This document shows, in pieces, positions 27,001 through 39,000 of a DNA stretch of 64,000 nt. The notes beneath the pieces were generated by a model. The model saw nothing but the letters and a program-made list of their open reading frames with translations, had not been told where the DNA came from and searched no databases. Both the position numbers and the translations under genes were made by a program. The DNA is from Schmidtea nova (Eukaryota), in NCBI GenBank assembly GCA_044892505.1, contig CM097882.1, positions 555,458,001 to 555,522,000 on the forward strand, written 5' to 3'. The stretch's first letter is position 1. Each line of letters starts with the position of its first letter.

Positions 27001-30000
27001 NNNNNNNNNNNNNNNNNNNNNNNNNNNNNNNNNNNNNNNNNNNNNNNNNNNNNNNNNNNNNNNNNNNNNNNNNNNNNNNNNNNNNNNNNNNNNNNNNNNN
27101 NNNNNNNNNNNNNNNNNNNNNNNNNNNNNNNNNNNNNNNNNNNNNNNTGTTTTTAATAAAATTTATTATGCATCGTCATTTACTCAAGTTCCCCTCGGAA
27201 TTTTATTTATTAGATAAGTAATTATTTCTACTAAAAACACCGAGTAATCTTGAAATGTCCAACAAATATTCCCGTATACTAAATTATTGTAAAATGACAA
27301 AAAATATTTTACTTGTATCATCAAGCTCCAAGTTGAAATCTACATCCACAGATTCCGTTTCTGGAAGATTTTTAGATTTTGCTTCATAAACTGCCTCAAT
27401 AGCATCTGTGGTAAACTGTTGTTCGTCATCCAGCTTCAACAAAAAGTCATTTGAATTTTCTTCAGATATCTTTTCAGGTAATTTAGATTCAACTTTCGGT
27501 TTTTCAACAGCGAGACCCTCTGGCAAAACTCGAACATTTGTGTCAGTTTGAATTGACGAAAACGGATTTTCTATTTTACAACAATAATGTCCTTCGTCTT
27601 CTGGGAAAACTTCATTGACAATCAATTGGCATACACCGTCAGGTGTATTAATAATTTCATAAATTTCCGAATTTTCTAGTAAATCTCCATCCAAATACCA
27701 GCTGACATTGTTTTTAGGGTTTTGTACGATTACGCACCGAAGAGTTAATATGTCACGTTCCGCAATTGACATTTCATTCGGTAACGGTTCCTTGATGATT
27801 GGTTGAAGAGAAAACTCTGATTTTACGTCGTCAGTGGTTTGTTTAGTGTCCTCATCAATCTCAAATGAAGCATCAATAGTTTCTTCATCACTCTCTTTTG
27901 TTTCTGAAGTATCGTCTAAATTTTAAGAAATAAAAATTTAAAAGATAAATACAATCTGATTACTTTTCACAGTAACATTGCTGGATGTAGAAATGCTACG
28001 CTCTCGAGAAGAAGCTTTACACATGTAATTCCCGGAGTCTTCTTCTTCGACTTCAGCTATCATCAAAATACATTTTCCGAGATCATACGTGATTGCAATA
28101 TGCTCATTGGATATCACAGGCGTTAGATTCTATAAAGATAATAATAATATTATTATTATTATAAATAGTAATAGTATAACCTTAAACCATTCTACGACAA
28201 CATCAACCGTTGGTGTAATCTCGCATTCAAGTAGGAGGGATTTTCCTACAGGCAAAGTCGTATCTGTCAATTCTTTGACGAAGAAAACTTCTTGACTTGA
28301 CTTAGCTAATTGTAAAACATCGGAATCTAGCTCGAGTTCGACGATTTCAGCGATGTCACTGTCATATAATTCATTCGTGTCGGAAATGATTTCTTCAACA
28401 ATTCTTTCATTAATAATATCAACGTGACTCTGTTGTTTGCTCAACAGTGCAGTATCAAACCCATATTCAGATGCCTTTGATTCTTTCAATTCCATAAAGT
28501 TACTATCGTCAAAGTCTTCATATTCCAAACTTTCAGTAAACGAATCATAACTTCCCGTTAGGACGTCCTCTTCAACAACATATGTACTTTCTTGGAGTGA
28601 TAATTTCTTTCCCAGTTGTAATTCATGGCGATCGTCTAAATAGGAATCTCCCAGTCCATCATCGTCATCCATTTCTTCAACTTCTTCAAGTTTACTTTGA
28701 CTATCAACAGATTCAGTTGTATTTTCTCTAGAAATTTTCCCTGAAACTTTCTTCAAACTGAAATCAGCATCTACGTCATCGGTTTTACTGTCAGGAATTT
28801 CCAATTCGAATTCTGTAGCAGAATCTTCCAACAATATTTCGGGTTGGAATTCAGAAACTTTCTCTTCAAGTAAGTCGGTAATCGGAGTACTTTCAATGGT
28901 CTCTTTCGTAATAAGATCCTTTATATCATGCTCAATGTCTTCTGAGGCATTTTCTATTTGCTCTACTGGAATAATGACGGCCTTGTCAATAGCTTGATCT
29001 TTAATGATAAATTCTGTCGCTTTTTCATCTGACATCTCAACATTTAAATCTTCAAGTTTTATAAAATCAAGCATTTCACGTTGCTCCACTATGACCGACA
29101 TGATTTTATTAACTTCCTCTCCAACAACATTCATGGCCGTAACAAATTTAGCTACATCTTCTGCTATGTCTTTCACAAAACTTTCTTCAGCTAATATCTG
29201 TTGTTCAGAGACGCCTGCGATGATATTTTTATCGCAGACATCTTCTACAATTCTCTCTTCGACTGTTATACCGGAAAAGATCTCATTAATTTCCTCGAGG
29301 TCATCCTCTTCAATTGTTGGAAAGACTTCAGATATTTCTTGGAGAGTACATTGCTTTTGAACTTGGAATTCATTTTTAACATCACTTTTTTCTGTATTCT
29401 CTAAATCCAGATCAATTTCAAATGACTCTTCCAATAATTCACTTTCAATGTTTACTTTGAATGCTTCAGCTTTTGTTTCATTTACAGATTCGAAAATCTT
29501 TGAAATAGCTTTATCTTCTTCGGTTTCCAAATGCATATTTTCAATTTCACCCCTTTCAAGTTTTTCATCTTGTTCAACTGCTTCAGATAAAACGAGTGAC
29601 TGCTCTTCCGGTTTAACTATTGTTGCTTCGACAGTATTGGTCTCTATCTCAGCAATATCTTCATTTATCGATGCTTCTAATACTTGTGGATGTTCTTCAA
29701 TTACTGTCGTTTCGAAGACACTCTTTTCGGCTTTACTTTCTAAATTAACCTCATTCAATTCTTCTTTGATGACTTCAGTTTCATAGTTCTCTCGATTCTC
29801 AACATTTTCAGAAAGAACTTGAAGTTCTTGATTGTCTTTAGTCTTAAAATCCGCGTTGACATCTCCAATTTCAGCATCTGATAACTCCATTTCTACTTCG
29901 AATGAACCCTCTATAGGTTCTTCTTCTTCAATTTTTATCTTGGCAATCTCTTCAGTTTTTACAATTTCCTTTTTCGTTTTTGCTTCCTCCAAAATATTTA

Positions 30001-33000
30001 CTTCTGGTTTTTCTGATTTATATTCACAAACCGTATCCTCTAGTATATCTCTGACAAGACCTGATGAAGCTGTTATTAGCTTTATTTCTGCAATCTCCTT
30101 TTTAATTTTGTCCTCATCAAGTTTTTGTTTTTGTTCAACTGCTTGAGATAAAACGAGTGACTGCTCTTCCGGTTTAACTATTGTCGCTTCGACAGTATTT
30201 GTTTCTATCTCCGCACTATCTTCAATTATTAATGCCTCTAATACTTGTGGATGTTCTTCAATTACTTTCGCTTGGAACACATTTTTTTCAGCTTTACTTT
30301 CTAAAGTGACTTCATCCAGTTCTTCTTGGCATGTTTCGGTTTCATATTCGTCTTGAGTCTCAACATTTTCAGAAAGAACTTGAAGTTCTTGATTGTCTTT
30401 TGTCTTAAACTCCGCTTTCACGTCCTCATTTTCAATATCTGACAATTCCATTTCTATTTCAAATGAGTCTTCGATTGATTCTTCCTTTACGAGAATGTCT
30501 TCAAGAATCGCTTCACTTTCCATAGTTTCCTCAACTTCTAAATTCTCTAAAACGTTGACAACTAATAATTCTGACTTATTTTCAGGTATCTTTTCAACAA
30601 CTGCTGTGGAAGCTGTTGTTTCATTAATTTCAAAAACGTCGTCCTTAATTCCAATCTGTTCCAGTTGTTCTATTTGCTCAACAGCCTCAGAAAATGTCGA
30701 TACCTTTTCGTTGGGTTTCACAATTGTTGCTTCAATAATATTTATTTCTTCTTCGACAATATCCTCAGTAACCATTGTTTCAAAAGCTTTTGGGTGTTCG
30801 AGAACTCCTATAACATCAAACACATTGACTTCAATTTTCTTTTCCAAACGCTCTTCATTTAATTCTTCGTCACTTAATTGAACTGCATAATCGTAAATAC
30901 TCTCCACATTTTCAGAAACATTTTGGAGTTTTACATTGTCTTTTTGCTTGAAATCCGCTTCGACGTCTTCATTTTCAACATCCGATAACTCTATTTCTAT
31001 TTCAAATGAATCTTCTAACGATTCTTCTTTCTCACTTATTTCCGTTTCTATTTCCGATTCCTCTAACATTTTTAATTCAGATTTTTCTAATTCAATGGCT
31101 TTGTTATCAAATGCGTTTTCTACAACAGATTCAGAAGTTATGGCATGCTCTATTTCTGCTATATCATCTTTAATTTCACCTTGTTCAAGTCTTTCCATTT
31201 GTTCAGCTACTTCAGATAAAACTGGAACCTTTGTATTTGATGTATCAACCGATGCTTCACCAGTAATTATTTCTTCTTCTACAATATTTACAATAGCTTC
31301 AGAAACTTTGTCTTCAAGTATATTTTCAACAACTGTTATCGAAGATGGTGTTTGGTTGATTTCCAAATCTTCGTCTTTAATTTCACTTTGTTCCACCATT
31401 TCTATTTGTTCGACAACTTTAGATAGAGCCGACAACTTCTCTTTTGGTTTTACAATTATTGCTTCAACAGTATTTATTTCTTCTTCAACAATATCCTTGG
31501 CTGTTGATGCTTCTGGAGCTTGTGGATATTCTTCAATTACACTAGTCTCGAAAACATTTTCTACCTTACCTTCTAAAGATTCTGCTTGAAGACCTTCTTC
31601 GCATGTTTCAGCTTCATGCTCATCAAAAATCTCTACATTTTCACGAACAATTTGAAGTTCTTTATTCTCTTTTGTTTTGAAGTCAGCTTCAACATTTTCA
31701 TTTTCTACATCTGATAGTTCCAATTCTATTTCGAATGAACCTCCTATCGATTCTTCCTTTTCAATAATTTCTATCATAACGTCTTCATTTGTAACAGTTT
31801 CCTCTTCAATTTTGATTTTCTCCAAAACATTTACTTCTGGCTTTTCCAATTTCATTTCAGAAACTTGGTCTTCAAGTATATTTTCAACAACTGTTATCGA
31901 AGATGGTGTTTGCTTGATTTCAAAATCCTCATCTTTAACTTGGCCCTGTTCCAACTTTTTTATTTGTTCAACAGCTTCACATAGAGCTGACAACTTCTCT
32001 TTTGGTTTTACAATTATGGCTTCAACAGTATTTATTTCTTCCTCTAAAATATCCTCGACTGTTGATGCTTCTGGAGCTTGTGGATATTCTTCAATTACAC
32101 TAGTCTCGAAAACATTTTCTACCTTACCTTCTAAAGATTCTGCTTGAAGACTTTCTTCGCATGTTTCAGCTTCATGTTCATCAATAATCTCAAAATTCTC
32201 ACGAACAAGTTGAAGTTCTTGATTGTCTTTTGCCTTGAAATCTGCTTCCACATTTTTATTTTCTACATCTGAAAGTTCCATTTCTATTTCAAATGAGTCT
32301 TCCAGAAACTCGGACTTTTCTACTACATCTTCTTTAACTTCAGCTTTTATAACTTCATCTTGTTTGTCAGATTCCTTTAAATCGGGTACCTCTAACTCTT
32401 TTGGTTTTTGTTCTAAAACACTTTCTTCAAGATCACTTTTGATAACTAATGCAGAAGCTGCCATTGGTTTGATTTCTGCCATCTCCTCTATTTCACTCGA
32501 TTTGACGTTTTGTATTTGTTCAATTGCTTCGACTAAAATTTGAATTTTCTCTTCTGGTTTTACAGTGATAGCTTCCACAGATTTCACTTCCTCCTCTATT
32601 ATATCATTCGCTACTAAAGTTTCTGTAAATTGTGGAATTTCTTCAATTACTTTGGTCTCGAATAGATTTGGTTCTACTTTGTTTTCTAAACAAACCTCAT
32701 CCATCGCCCCTTCATATATTTGGGCACCATGTTCATCAATGACCTCAATTTGTTCAGAAACATCCTGAAGTTCAACTTTGTCTTTAACCTTAAATTCCGA
32801 TTCTACATCTTCATTTTCTTCTTCGGAAAACTCCATTTCTATTTCAAATATATCTTCTGTCGATTCTTCTTTCTCAAAGGTGTCGTCCACAACGGCTTCT
32901 GTTTTCAAAGTTTCCATTTCTATTTTAGCTTCAACTAAAACGTATTCATCTGGCTTTTCCGATTTAGTTTCTAAAACTTTGTCTTCAAGTACATTTTCAA

Positions 33001-36000
33001 CAACTGCTATAGAAGATGGTGCTGATTTAATTTCCAAGGCTTCGATTTTAGTGTAACCCTGTTCCGCCTTGTCTATTTGTTCGACAACTTCAGATAATGC
33101 ATCTATCTTTTCTTCTGGTTTGACAATTATAGCTTCGACGGTTTCTATTTCTTCCTCAACAACAGTGCCTGTTCTTAATGCATCCAATAATTGTGGCTGT
33201 TCTTTTATTACTTCAGTTTGGAACACATTTATTTCCGTTACATTTTCCAACTGTACTTCATCCAAAGCTTCTTCGAATATTTTCGTTTCTTGCTTGTCTA
33301 AATTCTCAACGTTTTCACAAACATTCTGAAGGTCTGCAATGCTTTCCGACATCACGTATTCGTTTGTCACTTTGAACGAAACTTCTATCGATTCTTCGTT
33401 TTCGTTTGAGCCTTCCGTTAATGATTCATTTTTCATCATTTCAATTTGTACTTTTGCCACTTCCAGAATAATTATTTCTGGTTTTTCGCTCTTTAGTTCA
33501 GTGATCTTTTCTTCGAGAACACATTCTACAGCAGCCTGAATAACTGTAGGTTGCGTTACGTCGTCTTTAATTTCGCCTTGTTCCATCTTTTCTATTTGTT
33601 CGACAGCTTCATATAGACTATGCTTCGCTTCATCAGGTCCCATAATTATTGTTTCAGAACTCACTAATTCTTCTTCAGCAATATCGTCGGTTGTTGCTCT
33701 TTCTAAATACATTGGATGTTTTTCAATTATTTTAGTTCTGAACACATTTTCTTCTATTTTATTTTCCAAGCTAACTTCTTCCAAAGCTTCTTTCCATGTT
33801 TCAGCTTCATGTTCATCAACAATCTCAACACTTTCAGGAACAATTTGAAGTTCTTTATTCTCTTTTGTTTTGAAGTCAGCTTCAACATTTTCATTTTCTA
33901 CATCTGATAGTTCCATTTCTATTTCGAATGAACCTTCTATCGATTCTTCCTTTTCAGTAATTTCTATCATAACGTCTTCATTTGTAACAGTTTCCTCTTC
34001 AATTTCGATTTTCTCCAAAACATTTACTTCTGGCTTTTCCAATTTCATTTTAGAAACTTGGTCTTCAAGTATATTTTCAACAACTGTTATCGAAGATGGC
34101 GCTTGCTTTATTTCAAAATCCTCATCTTTAACTTGGCCCTGTTCCAACTTTTCTATTTGTTCAACAGCTTCACATAGAGCTGACAACTCTTTTGGTTTTA
34201 CAATTATGGCTTCAACAGTATTTATTTTTTCCTCTACAATATCCTCGGCTGTTGATGCTTCTGGAGCTTGTGAATATTCTTCAATTACATTAGTTTCGAA
34301 AACTTTTTCTACTTTACTTTCTAAAGATTCTTCTTGAAGACCTTCTTCGTATGTTTCAGCTTCATGTTCATCAACAATCTCTACACTCTCACGAACAAGT
34401 TGCAGATCTTTATTCTCTTTTGCTTTGAAGTCAGCTTCAACATTTTCATTTTCTACATCTGATAGTTCCATTTCTATTTCGAATGAACCTTCTATCGATT
34501 CTTCCTTTTCAGTAATTTCTATCATAACGTCTTCATTTGTAACAGTTTCCTCTTCAATTTCGATTTTCTCCAAAACATTTACTTCTGGCTTTTCCAATTT
34601 CATTTTAGAAACTTGGTCTTCAAGTATATTTTCAACAACTGTTATCGAAGATGGCGCTTGCTTTATTTCAAAATCCTCATCTTTAACTTGACCCTGTTCC
34701 AACTTTTCTATTTGTTCAACAGCTTCACATAGAGCTGACAACTTCTCTTCCGGTTTTACAATTATGGCTTCAACAGTATGTATTTTTTCCTCTACAATAT
34801 CCTCGGCTGTTGATGCTTCTGGAGCTTGTGGATATTCTTCAATTACATTAGTTTCGAAAACTTTTTCTACTTTACTTTCTAAAGATTCTTCTTGAAGACC
34901 TTCTTCGTATGTTTCAGCTTCATGTTCATCAACAATCTCTACACTCTCACGAACAAGTTGCAGATCTTTATTCTCTTTTGCTTTGAAGTCAGCTTCAACA
35001 TTTTCATTTTCTACATCTGATAGTTCCATTTCTATTTCGAATGAACCTTCCATCGATTCTTCCTTTTCAGTAATTTCTATCATAATGTCTTCATTTGTAA
35101 CAGTTTCCTCTTCAATTTCAATTTTCTCCAAAACATTTACTTCTGGCTTTTCCAATTTCATTTCAGAAACTTGGTCTTCAAGTATATTTTCAACAACTGT
35201 TATCGAAGATGGCGCTTGCTTTATTTCAAAATCCTCATCTTTAACTTGGCCCTGTTCCACCTTTTCTATTTGTTCAACAGCTTCACATAGAGCTGACAAC
35301 TTTTCTTCCGGTTTTAAAATTATGGCTTCAACAGTATGTATTTTTTCCTCTACAATATCCTCGGCTGTTGATGCTTCTGGAGCTTGTGGATATTCTTCAA
35401 TTACATTAGTTTCGAAAACATTTTCTACTTTACTTTCTAAAGATTCCTCTTGAAGACCTTCTTCGCATGTTTCAGCTTCATGTTCATCAACAACCTCTAC
35501 ATTCTCAGCAACACTTTGTAATGCTATATTTTCCGCCGTTTCGAAATCTGTTTTTACATTCTTTTTCTCAACTTCTGGTATTATTATCGCCTCTGTCGTG
35601 AAATTTATTTCAGGTTTGTCTGCCTTCTCATCAGTGGTTTGAATGTTAATTACATTTATTTCTTCAATGTTATTTATCTCGTCTTCTACAACCTTTTCTA
35701 TTTCTTCAATTTCTTCAGTAAGAACAGTTGTCTGTTCTTCTGGTTTCACAATTACTAATTCAATAGAATTAATTTCTTCCTCAACAATATTATCAGTAAC
35801 CAGTACTTCTAAAAATTCGGACTCTTCTTTGATTACTCTAGTTTCAAGTATATTACCTTCAATTTGATTTTTCAAACTTACTTCTTCTGGTGTCTCTTCG
35901 TCCATGTCGGCTTCGTGTTCATCTATCGTGTCAGTAAATTGTTCATTTACTTTAAAATGTTCCTGTTCTTTTAGAATTAAACTTTCATCATTTTCTTCAA

Positions 36001-39000
36001 CAGACTCATTTAATTCATGTTCATCAAAACTAATTGCCATCTCTATTACCTTAATGTCTTCAATATGCTCCATTTGTTCGACAACTTCAATTTTCAAAGA
36101 ATTTATAAATTTACCATCGTCTATAACTTCATTACTGACATACTCTTCTATTTCCGACATAAAGTCTTCGGTTGAGTTCTCCTCTAAATGTTCACCTTGT
36201 TCAACTAATTCTGTTTGTAATTTACCTTCAATTAAAGGTTCAGTTGTGATTTCTTTACCAATGTCTTCTTCCACTTCATCAAGATTTTCGGTAATATTTT
36301 GGACTAAATGTTCAATCTGTTCAACGATTTCAGACTTGGAAAATTCACTTATATTTTCATCTTCTGTCGACTCTTCTGCTTTTAATTCATGCTTTTCAAT
36401 TGGAATTTCTATTGTTTCTATTTCTTGGACGTGTTCCATTTGTTCTAGAACTTGGGTTTTGAAATTATTTTCTATTTGAGATTCAACTGTCGATTCAGCA
36501 AGCAAATCTTCTTTAATTTCAATATTCAATTCTTCAACGAACTTTCCCTCCAAATGTTCTCCCTGCTCAACTAATCCAGTTTGTGCTTTATTTTCCAAAG
36601 GAAATTCAACTTGAAATTTCTCAACTTGGGTTTCTTCGACTTCTTTTATTTCTATTTCAATGACACTTTCTTCGATATGCTCAATCTGTTCTTGAACTTC
36701 TAAGTTCGACTGTTTTTCGAAGTAGGCTTCTTCCAAGGATTCTTTTAACTGTTCCTCTTTCAATTCACATTTCATTTGATTACTGGTTAATTCTTCAACA
36801 TCATCGGTCTGTTCAACAGCCTCAAATCTTGCGGCATTCTCAATTGAATCTTCTGTGCTTGATTTTTCAATAGTTCTTACTTCGAAATCTATATTCAATT
36901 CTTCCACAGTCTTTTCTTCTAAATGCTCTCCATGTTCCAAAACTTCGAATTCCGGTTGGAAATGTAAAGTATTCTCCTGCAAATTTTCATTTAATTTCAT
37001 TTCATTCCATTCCTGTTGTGTTTCATCGATTTTCACCTCTTCAACATGTTCCATTTGTTCAGGAACTTCATTTTTCGAAGAATTTAACTCTATATTTTCT
37101 GTAAATAATTCATTTGAAATACTTTCTTCGGTGACAATATTAAGTTCATAAGCAACCCTTTCTTCCAAATCCTCACTTTGTTCTAATACATTTATATTCA
37201 ATTGTAATTGTAGAATGTTTTCCTTTTGTTCATTTAAATCCGTTGGTTGATCCTCAACAATAGATCCATCAATGATTTCAACTTGTTCCATTATTTCAGA
37301 AGATTCGATCATTTCCGATGCTCTCAATGCTTCTTTTAACGGTTTAAATGACTGGATTTCTAAAGCTTTCTCTGTACATCGTTCAGACGAAGCTAAATTC
37401 AGAAGTTCATCTTCATTTATATCCTCAGTTTTTAATTCTGGTTTTAGAATTTCAATGGTCTTTCCAAGAGAATGAATTTTCTCGTCTTTGATTTCTTTAT
37501 CTATTTCAAAGGTTATTTTCTTCATTGACTTAACAATCTCGACTGCATCGGGTCTTTGAATGGTCAATTCTTCTGGGATTTCTATTTCCAATATTTCCGG
37601 ATGATCGATCATGGTATAGTCTTCCAAACCGGTTTCAGAAATTGAAAGTTCTTCCATTTCACTGATAGCGTCTGAATCCTTTATTTTGATGGCATTCATG
37701 TCTTCTCCATCAATTACATAGATGTCTTCAAAGATTGAAGTCACGGAACTCCTTGGAGAATAAATTTCAAATATAACTGATTCAGCAAAGGTGACCTTGT
37801 GTCCTGACTTGGAAAAATCAACCAATTCATATTCTTCCAATTCCACGATTTCAGCAGGTAATTGCATTTCTTCTACGTCTTGAGTTATGATGTTTTCAGC
37901 ATTAATTTCCTCCTCGAATTGAACGGCTAGTGATCGAATTGGTTTGTTTTCAGGAATAATATAATTTGTTTCAATGTTCACTTGTTTCACAAAGGATTCT
38001 TCGGTTGGTTTAATTTCAATTAAAACTTCCTCATTCTCATCATTAGAAATATATTCGATTTCCTCAACAATAACTTCCGTTTCCGTTTCTGCCATTCCAT
38101 AATCGTTTCGTGCAACACATTTATAGAGTCCTGCATCTTCGGGAAATACTTCGGCAATAACTAATTCACTTTTTCCATCCTCAGTCGAAAAGGTAATTTT
38201 CAATTCATCATTGGATTCAATAACTTCATTATTATGGTACCAGATCGTTTTCTGGGGCATTGGAGTAGCTTTGACAATGCATGACAGATAAAGCTTTTCA
38301 CCATCCATTACTGTAACTGGATACAAATCGGAAATGAAATTAGGAGCTTCTGCTAGTTCAACTGCAATTTCATATCCTTCTTCTTTCTCTTTCTCCTTTT
38401 CATTTTTAGTATCCTTAGTATTTTTCTCAATAAATGTGAAAGAGACTTCTGAATCATCATTTGCTGTTGAATCAAGCTTTATTATTTCTACATCCGATTT
38501 GGATGAAGAAGTGACCGTTGCCGTTTGTTGATTTTGATCTTTTTCTACAACATTATAAAATTTGTAATTAGTTTTCTTTCGAAACATACCTGGCTGTACA
38601 ATTGTTACAAATGTTCCTGTTTCAACTTGATTTTCATCCGTTGTAATGGTACACATGTATTCACCAGTGTCGTCTTCATTGAGGTTCACTACGGTTAAAG
38701 AGCAAAGTTGAACTTCAGATATCAACGCAAGATTAACTCTAGGAGATTCTGTTAACTCAACATCATCAAGGGTCCATTTGACTGAGACCGGGCTGTCACT
38801 TTCATAACAGCATTCCAAACTGAAAAATATAATTGTATAAAGAAGAATAATCTAAGATGATGATTATTAAAGAATAGAAAGTTGTTTAAATAAATAGATT
38901 TATTGGATGAATAAAGATTTGAATTATCTTATTATCACACAAGCTATCCGGGCATGATAAAAGATATATTAAGTGCAATTGAATGTTTTGACGGCGGAAA

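Noticed and set aside
28780-35560. Regularly spaced repeats considered as a CRISPR-like or non-coding array
   Set aside because: Units are long, in-frame and contiguous, with no unique spacers; no cas genes; eukaryotic context.
29004-38531. Many plus-strand Ser/Ile/Phe-rich ORFs over the giant exon
   Set aside because: Antisense shadows of GAA/ATT-rich codons; they repeat with the 558-nt period and have no independent features.
28181-38819. Labelling the segment as canonical PEVK
   Set aside because: Proline is scarce and PPAK-type motifs are absent; described as Glu-rich repeats instead.
38940-38960. Canonical tRNA 3'-end PBS or a sense tRNA fragment after the 5' LTR
   Set aside because: No TGG start. 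TCCGGGC alone could mimic a sense acceptor-stem 3' strand, but the adjacent AGCTA is explained only by complementarity to tRNA nt 8-12.
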